This document shows positions 17,915 to 31,049 of a stretch of 64,000 nt of DNA, in pieces; position 1 is the first letter of the stretch; each line of letters begins with the position of its first letter. The position numbers were made by a program, and so were the translations under genes. This stretch comes from the human T2T-CHM13v2.0 reference genome, Homo sapiens: assembly GCF_009914755.1 (NCBI RefSeq), contig NC_060932.1, one strand, 5' to 3'. The notes under the pieces are model-generated. The model searched no databases and was not told the DNA's origin. It worked only from the letters and a program-made list of their open reading frames with translations.

Positions 17915-18120
17915 AAGTATGTAGGCTTTAGAGTAGGAAAGGCTCAGGTTGAAGTCCCAGCTCTACCATTTACTATTTTTGTGACCTTGGGTAAGATACT
18001 GAATCTCTTTGAGCTGTTTTCCTAACACGTAATTGGATCTAAAAATAATGACCTTATAAGGTTTTAAAACTATTAAATGACACAGTGAATATAAATTGCT
18101 TCCTATACAGTAAGTAAGGC
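17915..18120 (+). mobile_element. MIR
   Basis: gtcccagctctaccatttactatttttgtgaccttgggtaag core. Confidence 0.7.
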
Positions 18121-21006
18121 TCCTTCCTTCCTATTACATCAAGGCTCCACACTGCCCCTTTAACTTAAGACAGGGAATACTAGATTTTTGTAAAGTGGAA
18201 AATAGTTTTGTGTTCTTGACGAAGGCTGAAATCGATGAAAGAAAGAAAATAGCAAGGAAATGTAAAGGAGAAGTACAAGAAAATAGAAGAAGTGAAAATG
18301 AAAAAGAGAAGATGAAAAGGAAGTTACCGCTAAGCTCCAGTGAAACCTGACTCAATTCTGGGATATTTACAATAATGATGACTAAGCCTTTTAATATATG
18401 CCACTGTGAAGCCAAGATTCACATACAGCAACATTTAATTTAGAAAGTAGGGAAATGCTACAATCTGGATAGGTATATACCAAGCTATCTCAAAAAAAAT
18501 TTATTTCCACATATAAAATTTGAATAAATCTATTTTAATGAAGCCTTCAATTGTCCTTTCCTAGATTAAACCATATGTAATTTAAGATTTTCAATATACT
18601 TTATTTAAAAACATCTTTAAAAATCTCTGTAAGGTAACTCCCTAAGGTATCACACAATTTCTGGGCACCCACAATTGAAGTGTGATTCAAATTAGTCCTC
18701 AAGTTGTTCAAATAAAAATCTATGGGCTGAAAGTATCACAGTTTGAGGAGATATGTAAATTTTCAAAGTTACTTATATCTTTGAGATATGCATGAAAAAA
18801 TGGATTAAAATGTGAAATTGGAATGAATAGGTTTAAATTAACCAGTGAGCTTCTCTAATCCTGAGGGCAAGTCAAAATTATTGAGAAGATAAAATATTTT
18901 TTGTTGAAATCTGGTGGTCCTGCCAGCAACCTTCCTGAAAGTGATGCTCCAGGAAATGGTATTATTCCTGAGCGTAATACCATTCGAGACCTGAGTGTGC
19001 TGCTTGATTTAAATTAACTTCTAACTGGCTCCACAACCATTGTCATCTCTCTCCCCTCTACCCCCAGATTTTGCCATAACTTCATAATCAGAATATTCAG
19101 TGATAGTATCTTCAATCTGCAATTATTTTCCCTAAAGCACTGACATCTAGGAAATAGTTGTCACCACTTCCATTTAACCAACACAGGAATTGTTATGATG
19201 GAGTGATCCTCCTGACTTGGGCACCAGGACACTTCGTTCTAGCCCCACCCCACTTTGGAGGTATGTCACTTAACCTCACTGGCCCTCGTCTCAGAGTCAA
19301 GGGCTTGATTAGCTCATCTCCAAGGTCCTTTTCTGCTCAATCATCCAATGATTCTATAATGTACTTGCTAAGTGGTGTGCCTAATCACACAATTACTCAG
19401 TGGTCCTCCTGAACTAGAAGTGAATGATCACTTGTCAGGGGCATTGTAGAGGGTATTTGTGAATTAGCCAGAGGTCAGATTATAACCTCTGAAGTCCCTT
19501 CGAACTCTAATTCTGCTCCTGCATCTGGGTCAGCTGACTCCTGGCCCAATGCACTATCCATCAGAAGGGCATTACCTCCTCTTGGAAGCAGCCAATTTCT
19601 AGTTCATTAATAGAGAGATCGTAAGCATTAAAAGCAGGCTGTGTGAGTGAATGATAAATATAAACCATTACCAACTTGTCTTCTTACTAAAATAATTGCA
19701 TATGGAATTCTTTTCATCCCATTGTAAAATAATTCTTGCCATGAGAAATAAAGAGAAAATAGAGGCATTATTTTGGTGCCCCCAAGTGGGGAACTCTGAT
19801 GGCTGCAGTCAAATTACACCTTTCTCAGGCTTAGGGGCATCCTGTACCACTTAAATGGGATTGTTGGTCCTTTCTAACTGTCCCTGACTATCTTTGTCCT
19901 ACAAGGTCTTCTGGAGATTTTCCTTCTCAGCTTAGACAGACTGAAGTTATCTAAAAAAAAAAAAAAAAAAGAGTAGCCATTCTGAATATCTCCGAGAGTC
20001 TGGGTTCTTTTGAAGGATTCCAATTGACTTAAATGTGTTCCAATGAATCCAACCTGATCAGTGGGGCAAGCCCTCGGCTATTTATTTGAGTCTGTATGTA
20101 ATATGGGTCTTTGAACTATTTCGTTTTTCTTCCATTTAGAATAATGAGCTAATAGAATAGTTATCTGTTGGAATAGTTAAGTCCCAATCCACACTCTGCT
20201 TTCCACAGCATGCATTCCAGAGGCAGAGATTCAGGACTAGAGCAATCTGACAAAACTATGACTTCTTTTTTGCTGCAGATTTATTAGCATTTGAGAATAC
20301 TGGTTGTATAAACAGATACTCTGATGTCATTTTGTCACAATAGCCAATGACCAGAAATAGGTAGCACTGTACAGCTAACTATAGCTCCTTTGAATAATAG
20401 GGTTTTATTTAAGAATGAGGCATGTCTTTCTATCCATTTTTCCAGTGACACTCAGTACTTCTGACCTTCATTTGAACCAAGTTTTCGGCAAATACGATCT
20501 GTATACATTACTTTAAACAATTTTTTTTTTCTTTTTTACTTCACAAGACACTGTTCTGGATTAAAAGGTTCTGGGAAGGCTTTATGGAAACAGATTTCAA
20601 TTGAGAGGAGAGAAAGGAGGTAAAAGGAGAAAAGGAATTTCTAAGTTAGTATAATATATAAGCAACCATAGCAGAAAAAGTTGAGAGATTTGTTTGAGGA
20701 ACAGTGAGTTTTGCTGAAGCAAAATACTGGAAACTATAAATAACTGAAGATGTTAATTGAGATGAAAGTATGAATCATGAGCCATGAAACAAAAATTCAG
20801 GCTTTGATTTCTTAGGCTAATAATGTTATTGTTTATCCTGTAGGCCAGAAATGAACATAGTTAGCATACGTTGCATCTCTTTCTGCATTTGTTCTTCTCA
20901 GACTATGGCAGCTATCCCTAAATGATGATCATATTCTTTCCTACTAAGTCTTAATGGGACCTTAGAATCCTTCATAATACTTTATTCTAGACAGCAATTA
21001 CCATTA

Positions 21007-22025
21007 TTTAGGGTTAATTCAAAAGATAAAACCAGCTTAACCACTTTCCACTAATCTAGACAATGAAAATGGAACATATTTTAAGGCAGGATGAAAAATC
21101 AATTGAGGTAATTGGTTGGGAAGAGGCTTATTGTTCTAACCTAGGAGAGATGAAAGGCTGTTCTCATTTAGTTCAATGAACAAACACTTATTGAGTGCCC
21201 ACTGTGTGCTAAGTAGTGTGGCAGGGGCTGGGACCTGGTAAGAAGTATGATAATGGCAGTGAATGAACTAATTGAAAATTTGTGTTTGAGAGCCTGGAAC
21301 GATCACAATAGAAACTCAAGGGAAAAACTGATCTGGAAGGAAAAGAAGGGTAAGTTATGTTGGGAATAAATGAGTTTTTCTTGGGAGACTGTACAAAAAG
21401 GAAATCCTATGAATCAGATTGAATTATAAATACACATTTACAAGGCAGTAAAATAATAGAGATCCCATGAAGAAAACAAAAAATTGCTGTTCATAAAAAT
21501 AAAATAAAGTGCAAGGATGGTCTAAAGTGCTGGGAAGCAAAATAGGAGAACTTAGAAAAGAAAGTTGTCAACAAGTAGGCGCAAGCTATTGGGATGAGAT
21601 TGTGTTTGACAATCAGGAGATCATTGGTGACATGAAAAATTTTTAACAAAATAAAAAGTATATTTAGCTTGCAAGAGTATAAAGGAAACACAAGCACCAA
21701 AGAATTAGCGGGAATAAGTACCAGGATATCAAAGCATTTCACAATAAAAGGAAATAAGGAATTAGATATTACCTATAAGGAATTAGACATATATTACTTA
21801 TATCTAATTCCTTATTTCCTTTTATTGTGAAAATTTCCTGCAGAAATAGATGATAGTTGAGAACAGTCTATCATCTCACCTGTAGATTAGAACAACAAGC
21901 CTCTTTCCAACCAATTATCTCAATGGACTTTTCATCCTGCCTTAAAAGATATTGATCTTCCCATTTTCATTGTCTAGATTACTAGAAAGTGGTTAACTGG
22001 TTTTATCTTTTGAATCAACCCTAAA
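21007..22025. repeat. Inverted duplication, arms 21007-21166 and 21858-22025
   Basis: 21007-21072 vs reverse complement of 21961-22025 match at 62 of 66 columns; the rest aligns with small indels. Confidence 0.92.
21737..21832. repeat. Perfect 33 bp inverted repeat with 30 bp spacer
   Basis: tttcacaataaaaggaaataaggaattagatat (21737-21769) and its exact reverse complement (21800-21832). Confidence 0.95.
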
Positions 22026-24929
22026 GAAGGGAGCATCAAAAAAAAAAAGAGACTGCTAATTGCAAATGATCTTATTTTGACAGATAATACTGTATATATA
22101 TCTAAGTAAATTAATTAAATATCTTCATTTATTTTACATTTTAACATCATAAGATACTACTGAATACTTATATACAAAAAAAATAGAGATGCCTGAATGT
22201 GTTGAAGGGAAAAAAGTAGATGCCAGCATAGAGAAGAAAGGATTGCAGATGTTGGGAAGAGGACAGTGGATAGAAGGAGCCAACGCCTAAGACGGTCTTG
22301 GAAGCTGAGATCAAGAACCTAAGTCAAATGTTGACAAGAAGAGCAAGAGAAATGTTCTTCCCTTCAAGGTGGGAAGTGAGGATGTGGAGATAGAAAGTAG
22401 AAAAATCAAATAGAAATACCAAAAGAGAAGGAAATATTGAAAGATTTCTACTTAATATACTTAGTGAAATAGCAAATATAATAATTTGCAGAAAGGAAAG
22501 AATGTCACAGAATGCCATCAAGCATTAGATTCAAGTGGAGAATATTTGGGTGAAATAGGAGAGAAAAATTTTCTTACATATTTACCAAATACTTTTGTGT
22601 GCCTATCATGTATCAAACAGAATGTTAGGTGCTGGGGATACAATAATAAGTGAAATTGTTATCGTCACTACCCTCAAAAATCTTATGTTGCAGGAAGGTA
22701 GATTTTTTAAAAATACATTACAAATAAAATAATTGAGTTAGATTAGGTACTACAGGGATAACCAGGGACCGGATCACATAGGTTTTTGTATGCAATGACA
22801 AAAATGTAGCTGTTACTCTACTTCAGTAGAAAGCCATTTGAGGGATATAAGGGAAAAAGTGATATGTTAAACTATTTACATGTTAAGAAAAAAAATTTTT
22901 TTGCAGTATGGAGAATGAATTGGAGAGAAGCAACAGTGAAAGCAGTGGAGGCTGCAGGTGAAAGAAATTGGAGACCTGGACAAAAGTCATGGAGAGAAGA
23001 TGGAGAAAAAAGGGGAGTCAACATATTTTTGGAGAGAAGATTGGCAGGACTTGCTGAAAGAATGAAGGTGGTGAGTGTGGGACAGATTTGCAGCCTAACT
23101 CCATGGGAGAGGGAAGGTTGATGGGCCAGAGAGGAGATCTAGGTAATATTAAGGACGCCTTAAGTTTAAGATGTATGTGAGATCAACACATAGAGATAGC
23201 AAGCATGTGGTTCACTATGGAAGTTGCTCAGAGGATAGGTCTGAATAGAAGATGTAAATTAGAGATGAATGTACATGACCCAGTGGGAAGAATTAAGATC
23301 ACCATGACAGAGTATGGAGAGAGAAGAGGAGAATGAGGGCCCAAGACCTTTCAACCTGTATTTGGGAGGTTGGTCATAGGAACTAATAGTTAAGCAAGTT
23401 GTGTCTGCATCCAGAAGATCAGAGATAGAATCTGAGTTTTACCATTCAATGTCCTCATCATAAAATGAAGATAATCACAGAACCTACCTCATGGAGCTAT
23501 CATTGAGGATTAGAGCTGCTGCATGTAAAATGCTCAGAACAATGCCCGGTTCATGTTAAAAATTTAATCAATCAATATTATTATTATTATCTGGAGATCA
23601 AGGAACAAAGAAAGAGACCATAAGGGAGACTGGACATCTTTGAAACTGTTTAAGGGTGAGTGAAGTCAGAGTTGGCAGTAATTGCTATCCTGGATACCTA
23701 GAAATTGCAAGGATATTCCTACTGATTGCAGAGTGGACAATTTATACTGCCTGGACCTTATGGAATGTAAATGCTGAATTTTTTCAAATGAAGAGAAAAG
23801 TCACTATTTATTACACATTGATTGATCATCTTCTGTGTGCCAGACACTTGATTAGATGCTGGGAACAGAAAGACTCAGAAGAAAGGTCTCTACCTTGGGT
23901 GAGTTTAAAATCTAATAAGGCAGGTAGAGCAGATATGTGTCCTTGGAGTGTTTTCCTATGGCTAGATTCAAATTAATATCAAGGCTGTGATAGGACTTCC
24001 TAACTTGGCTTTATATAAAATACAAGAATAATAAAAATAAAGATGACAAAAAGCTAAGTAAAGGCCCTCGAGAATTTACTGCAAAAATAGAGCAGCTCTT
24101 TTAACAAAGAACTAATAAAAGCAAAACTTTAACATTAAAAAAATTTTCCATATCCCATGGTTACAAATTTTTATTTAAGATTTTACTCCTACTATATATC
24201 CAGCTATAATGGCTTTATTCTAGCTATTATATTCAATCCCAATACCCCAAGGTGTTTTTTACACTATAAAGCATCTTCCTGCATTATTAGAGTAAATTAG
24301 TTAGCAAAAGAATGAGATATTAGTCCTGTAAAGGTCACATCATCCCGATTACAAGAAGCCAATAAAGTGGAATTCTTGCCTTTAATAGTTGAATGTCATA
24401 AGAGGGAGAATAGACAGCTTACATTTCCCTCTGTGGTGGAGAGATGTTTTTGTTCTCAAAATTATGTTCCTCAAAGTGCTGCTGGTGTTTGTTTCCCAAG
24501 ACAATGAAAGTGGCATGATTGTTGGAAAGGTTGCATTATCTGGGGGTGAAAAATCATATGGCCAGCCAGGAGGAAAACACTACTGCCTCTAACTCATCAG
24601 AAAATGCTTAACATTTACATAAATTTTTTTCAGGATTTTGATGAACACGAGGGTTCTTTTTTTTCAATTTGCAGAAAAGGTAACCAGGGAGAGAGAAGTA
24701 AACCTTTTATTTGTCCAGTACCACAAACTAATGATGATCTGAGATCAGACCTATAGTCATTGGAGTCCCAATCCATTGCTGCTTCCAACTCACCTAATCA
24801 AATACAATTCTGCTATGCACTTAGCTTTCTTCATTGGTAATAAAAGCTGAAGACAATTGCATTTTTACTCTGTCTTATGAGCAGTTCATGAACATCATCA
24901 TTAAAATGCTATGTTTAAATACAGACTCT

Positions 24930-25150
24930 ACGCACTAGGCTCAAGTCTAATTGTACAGGTACATTATTTCATTAAACTTTTGCAACAACCCTCTGGGGTG
25001 CATAGTAATGTTATCCTCATTTCTGAAATCTGATCACTGAGACAGTGTTTCACTTAAGGTCACACAGTTAGTAAATGGTAGAGCCAGGATTTGAACCCAA
25101 GAAGTATGGCACTAGAAGGTCAAAGTTCTTAACCAATCCATCACATTACA
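24930..25150 (-). mobile_element. MIR
   Basis: aaggtcacacagttagtaaatggtagagccaggatttgaacccaag. Confidence 0.8.
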
Positions 25151-25414
25151 TCGCTGTAGACTACACATATTATCTCCCTGTACAGGTGCCTATGCCAATA
25201 CACTGCACTCACCTCTCTAAGCTCAAACAAAAGAAATAAGTGTCATTGAAAATCTTTGAAGATTAAAAGAAAATACATGGTTATAATTATGACACACAAG
25301 AATGCTGTAAATACAAATGCAGGAGGATTGTGAGAAGCTTTTCAGAGTCAGCCAACACTGTAACCAGATTATGAGTCTCAGGATGAGGCTTACTGGTGAT
25401 TCAGGATGACTAAG

Positions 25415-25630
25415 TCAGACAGCCCAAGTTTAATCCTGACTCCATCACTTGCTGTCGGAACTTGAACAGGTTATTTACCCTATCTGTGCCTCAGTTTCCC
25501 CATGTGGAAAAGGGAAAATTAGTAACAACTCTAACAATAACTTTTTTGTTGCCTTGCGAGGATTCCACTACATAATTCATATTTTTTTAAACTTAGAACT
25601 AAGTGTCTGGCACACCAGAAACCTTAAGGT
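25415..25630 (+). mobile_element. MIR
   Basis: tctgtgcctcagtttccccatgtggaaaaggg core. Confidence 0.75.
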
Positions 25631-26204
25631 TATGTTGTCTTCTATAATTACTATTATTAGGAGCAGGAGTAATAGGTGGAGAAGGAGTAGGAATAATAGC
25701 AGTAGGAATCACACAACTACTGTCTATTTTCTTCAACATGAGAGTCTGTTCAACAGGACTGTCCCTAGTCCATCACCTCCAGTGTATGGGGTGCAGGTGG
25801 CGGGTACCATCTGACCATCTTCCATGGCCCCCATCTGTGCTTAGCAACTTGTATCTACTCTACTGAAGATAAATGACTATATAGAAAGGCAAGTTTTGCT
25901 AAGGAGTTTTAGGCATCTTCTGTGATCAACCGCAGCATCTTCATTTTCCCTCAATTTCTCTTAGTTTGAGACAGTAATGTTGAATTATATCAGATGTCTA
26001 CAATAACTCTTTTAGATCATTCATTCTACAATATTTATCAAGTTCCCATCATTTGTGTGAGGGGTAGGTGAGTGGTAAGGGGTGAAAAAGGGTTGGAAAA
26101 AACCCTGCATCTTGCCTTATTGAGCTTTCACTCTTCTCTGTGATTTACAATTAGAGTAGGAGGATGCAAGTTCTGCCCCTTACAGGGTGTTAGGTGGGTT
26201 GGAA

Positions 26205-26353
26205 ATGGATGGAGACATACTAAGCCGTCACATTACTGGGGGACTCTATTGGCATTCAGAATTGCAAAGCATCCCTCAACATTAGAAAGGATTCTGCACA
26301 CCAGGAAGAAGTCGCACACAAAATGCTAGCAGTGCCCTCTTTGAGAAACACTG
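26205..26353 (-). mobile_element. MER20-like hAT relic
   Basis: Ends aaaatgctagcagtgcc...ttgagaaacactg, similar to the MER20 terminus. Confidence 0.5.
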
Positions 26354-26585
26354 AAATAAACTATGGAACACAGATTCAAGTTGATATAGCATTAGAGACC
26401 TACAAATAAAATACTAGGAAAATCAGATATAAAGGGTAACTGCTTGCTACGTAACACTGGAAATACTTTCCGCAGCAACCTGAATTTAAGCAGGGTCTTA
26501 AAGAATGTATAAAATTTGAATATTCAAGGAAGGGGATGAAGAAGACATATATGATTTTTGGATTCCTGCCATTGTCTCATAACGA

Positions 26586-26715
26586 GGACAGTCATATAAC
26601 TTGTCTTCCAAACTAGGACACTTTTAAGAAGAGCAGGGACAATTAATAATTAGCAACCAGGACAACTGGTACCAATTGCAATTGCCCAACAAACAGAGGC
26701 ATAATTATCTACTGA
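26586..26715. mobile_element. MER94-like hAT-Blackjack MITE
   Basis: catataacttgtcttccaaactaggacacttttaaga...attaataatt...ccaggacaac matches the recalled MER94 layout. Confidence 0.6.
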
Positions 26716-27007
26716 TAACACAAGCTAATGGTAAGGAAAGAAATATTTGCTTTACCCATGAGAACGGTAAGGCATTAGCATGGTACAAGGCTCATTCAGA
26801 AGATGTGGAACGCACCAAGATGAAATTCCTTTTTCAGGAGCATGAGAAGTACTGAGACAGGTGTCCCAAGACACCAGAACTGATTTCAATTTGTCAATAC
26901 CAAGTGAAGATCTTTGGCAATTTATGTACTTCTTCTGGGTGACATTCTTTCATCAGTAAAATAAATCGGTAGAAATATGCAATCTCTGAAACCCTCCACG
27001 GCTGTGA

Positions 27008-27513
<506 letters not shown>

Positions 27514-29724
27514 TCATTATTTGGGGCATAGAGTACACCTTCAAACCTATGCAATTTTATAACCAGAGCACTAACAAAAGCAGATTCTAATTCAGAAAAA
27601 AAATCATTGAATTTCTAATTTAAAATAATACTACAGACTTTACCTTAGATAAAAGCATTAAGAACTTTATTAAAAGTAGTGTGCAAAAGAGTGAAGTAAA
27701 ATGCCTCTGGATCTGAGAAACTGTGCAACACGCACTTCCAAACAGAGCATGTGGTAAAACTGAGCAAAGAACAAATGCTAGGAAGGTCCCTGTGCACACC
27801 TGGAGCTCCTGCCTAGCATGCTTAGCTCCGCTGGGCTGGTGTATGTGGAGATTGGCTGGTATTATTTTGGTGACACATCATTAAAATGCTGGGGAAAAAA
27901 TTGCTTATGAACTAACACAATTTCCACATTATAATAACATGATTCTTCTATTTACTGACTATGAGCTAATTTTCACTACAGAAGCATGCACAGGAGTAGA
28001 GAAATTTATCTGTGCAGTTCCATTTATTCTAGTATATTAGCATTGAATTCATTTATTCATTCATTTGTTCATCCACATCTACTGTATACCTGCAGTGTGA
28101 AAGGTGCAGTGATTGGGCTCATGGGAAACAAAAAACATAAATCTAAATGATAATAAATTGTTATTTGTTCCAAAGCTTGATGGCCAGTTCGGTAATGAAT
28201 TCCCAGGTCAGAATGTGTATCAACCAGAAAGACCGAGATTATTTTGAGCTGGACACAGGAGCAGTTATCTGGACTCTCACTGTCACATATGTAATATTCT
28301 GAAGTGGACTGAGGTACCTTTTTCCCTTTTTCTTGTTAAAGTCATTCTCTCAGAAACTGATTTGTTTTGTGCTGCTTTCCATTCACATCACGATCCAATC
28401 AAACCACAGAATATAGGAAAGATCAAAGTAGTGCAGTCTAGCCATCTACAGTAATTCATAGAATATATGAGGCATTAAAATTTTCATTTCTCATTCTTGT
28501 AAGAAAGACTATAAAGGTAACCGAAAATGATGCAGAATATGAATTCATTCCTGAGACAATGATTGTAGCAAGAAGGGGGAAAGGCATAAACCAACAGACC
28601 CTTTTTTGCCTCAGTCTTAAGCCCTTTTTGAAAAACAGTTCTTGCCTATGTCATTCACACTTTTACTTTTATCCTTGATCCCTTCAGCTCTTCTCCTATC
28701 TAAATGGTACCAAAAAAAAAAAAAAAAAAAAAACAGCCACGAAAACTTTTCAAGTATTGGCTTCCTGCATTTTCATCCAAAACAATTTTGCAGGCATCCT
28801 CACAAACACAAGAAAAAAAATTCCAAGGTTGTGCCTAGCGGACTCAGAAACAATTGATTGAAAAAGGAAAACTTTCTCCAGACAGCAAGCAGGAAGGGTA
28901 GCATGTTAGTCTGCAGTATGCCACGTCATGAGTTTTACCCTCCATGTTGCATTTCTTTCTGTTTATTAACCATTTTTATTCCAGAATGTTTTTAATTCCA
29001 TATTTTTTGTTTAATGAAGTAAGTCTCAAACTAATGATTCACAGCAATTAAAATGGAAATTTCACCCATTTTAACCAGGAGACTGTGGGACACAAACAAT
29101 ATAGGAAGAGGCGAGTGTGTAAAATTGCATATCTCAACCAGAGACCAAAGTAATGTGATCAGAAAATTTAAGTACAAAAAGGGGTTTTTTTTAACCCTTT
29201 AAAAATGTTTCTATTAACATGCTCTCTTTCCACTGAAGAGGAAACTCAGGGAGAAAACATTTATGGACAAGTCCATAACATTAACCAAAAGTGTAATAAG
29301 GGCAAATAACCTTCTAAGAGAAAAGAAAACTTAGTTTATGAGTTTTTATTTTGCACCAAAAAGCTTCAAAATAAAAGGGGGGCTGATACTCTCTACACAT
29401 CAATCTCTAAGCCACCCAGGGTGCTTGCACCTCCACATTGCACTGGCTGTGCCCCCATGGCAGTTGTGGGTGTCTGAGGCAGGTGACAAATGCAGGCACC
29501 TTGGACAACAGCTACCATGGTGCCCTGAAGCCCCTGACAGCCCAGAGTTACAATTAGACAGTGGGGGAACTTTGTCTTTGAGCCACCTATCCTCCTTTCA
29601 GTGGTTTTCCACCTGTGGTGGCAACTTCTCACGTGATCCATGAGCCTCCCAGGACCCTCTGTAGATGGTGTATCCTGGCACAGTACAGAAGCTGGTAGTG
29701 GAAAACAATGCCCAAGAAGGGCAT

Positions 29725-30110
29725 GGCTTCATGTTAGATGGATCTGGGTTCATATTCTGACCTCACCCCTTACCAACTGCATGAATTTAGACACGTTACG
29801 TTGTCTTTCCAACCACAGTGTCTTCATCTGTAAATGAGAATAATATAATTTTGTGCATGGAGTCTTTTGAGAATGAGATCAGATAATACACATGAAACAT
29901 CAGGCTCAGATCGGTTACAGACGCAGACTCTGAAATGACTTGCGGTTCAAAGCCTGACTCTACCACTTCACTACCGGGTGGCTGGACGAGTGTCACTTCA
30001 CTTCCTAGTGCCTTGTCTCTGAAGGGAAGATTAGAAAAACACCTACTCATAGGGAGTAGCTGTTAAGTGCTCATCTTTTGTTTGTTGGCAAAAGTGCTTT
30101 GAAAAATGTC
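29725..30110 (+). mobile_element. Two tandem MIR fragments
   Basis: gatctgggttcatattctgacc...cagtgtcttcatctgtaaatg and ggttcaaagcctgactctaccacttcactacc. Confidence 0.65.
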
Positions 30111-30592
30111 CAGCACATAATGAAAATTTGGCCTTATTTTACTCCATATTTTAAAGGTCAAGTACTCAGCTGCTATGCATGATAGGTGGCACTAAGATAA
30201 GACCTAGCCAAAAAATAGGCCACGTAATAGTAACAAAAGAAAATATTTTCCCCCAGAGCAGAGGTTTGGTATAAATGTGGAGGAAAATCATGAGCATGAA
30301 GTTTTGAAGTGCTGTGTGTTATATTGTTGGAGAAGACAGCAGTACTGAAGTAGGAGACAGGGTGTAAAATATGGATCTGGAAATTGGCTTGTATTGGTGA
30401 AATTTAGTGAAGGAGCTGGAAGAAAAATGGGAACTTCTCGAGAAACTGGATACAAAAACAAAAGAAATCTAATAAAGTTGCTGCTATAGATCAGGCCCTC
30501 AGTGAGACTTCAATGCAGTTCACAAACATTTACAGAAAAATTACTCTGTACTCAATAACAAGAGCGCTGAGCTGGGAGACAGGAATTCAAAA

Positions 30593-30809
30593 CAGTAGCA
30601 TACCAACGGGGCGGGGCAGTGGTAGAGATTTGCCCCAGCAAGGAAAAGTATGTTATTACTGACATTGTTTAGAATTGCCAGTGCATGATGATAATAAAAA
30701 GCTGGCCGGCTTTCAGTCACTGTTATTATTGTTTATAAATTCCCTACGGACAGTTTACCCAGCACCCAGTGCAGGCTGCGTTCACCACCCCTCCCTTGGT
30801 CTCCCTCTG
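30593..30809 (-). mobile_element. MER97-like hAT-Tip100 MITE
   Basis: Degenerate TIRs cagtagcataccaa / ttggtctccctctg; gacattgtttagaattgcc...gataataaaaagc is the reverse complement of the recalled MER97 5' part. Confidence 0.65.
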
Positions 30810-31049
30810 ACATCAGGTGAGATATGCCTGTTCCCAAAAAGCATGCAGCATAGTAAGAAACCATTAAGAAGAAATAATCATAAACAGTAAGTGAAAGCCA
30901 CACCATCTATTAATTATCAAAATAAATTCCAGTTGGTATAAATATTTAAATGTGTGCAATAAAATTTATTTAAAATTAAAAACAAAAATCAAATATAGAA
31001 GCTACATGTAAAGTTTTATCTTACCGGTTGTTAAGCAGACTGCTCAAAA

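Larger units (their letters stand above)
20620..23400 (-). mobile_element. Cluster of decayed L2 fragments
   Basis: Purine-rich L2-like text; reverse L2 tails at ~21165 (caaacacttattgagtgcccactgtgtgc) and ~22580 (tgtgcctatcatgtatcaaacag...gctggggataca). Confidence 0.6.

Noticed and set aside
19670-19970. Minus-strand T18-AG acceptor at 19951 as an exon start
   Set aside because: All frames are closed quickly and only weak donors follow; a poly(A) tract next to ct is a sufficient explanation
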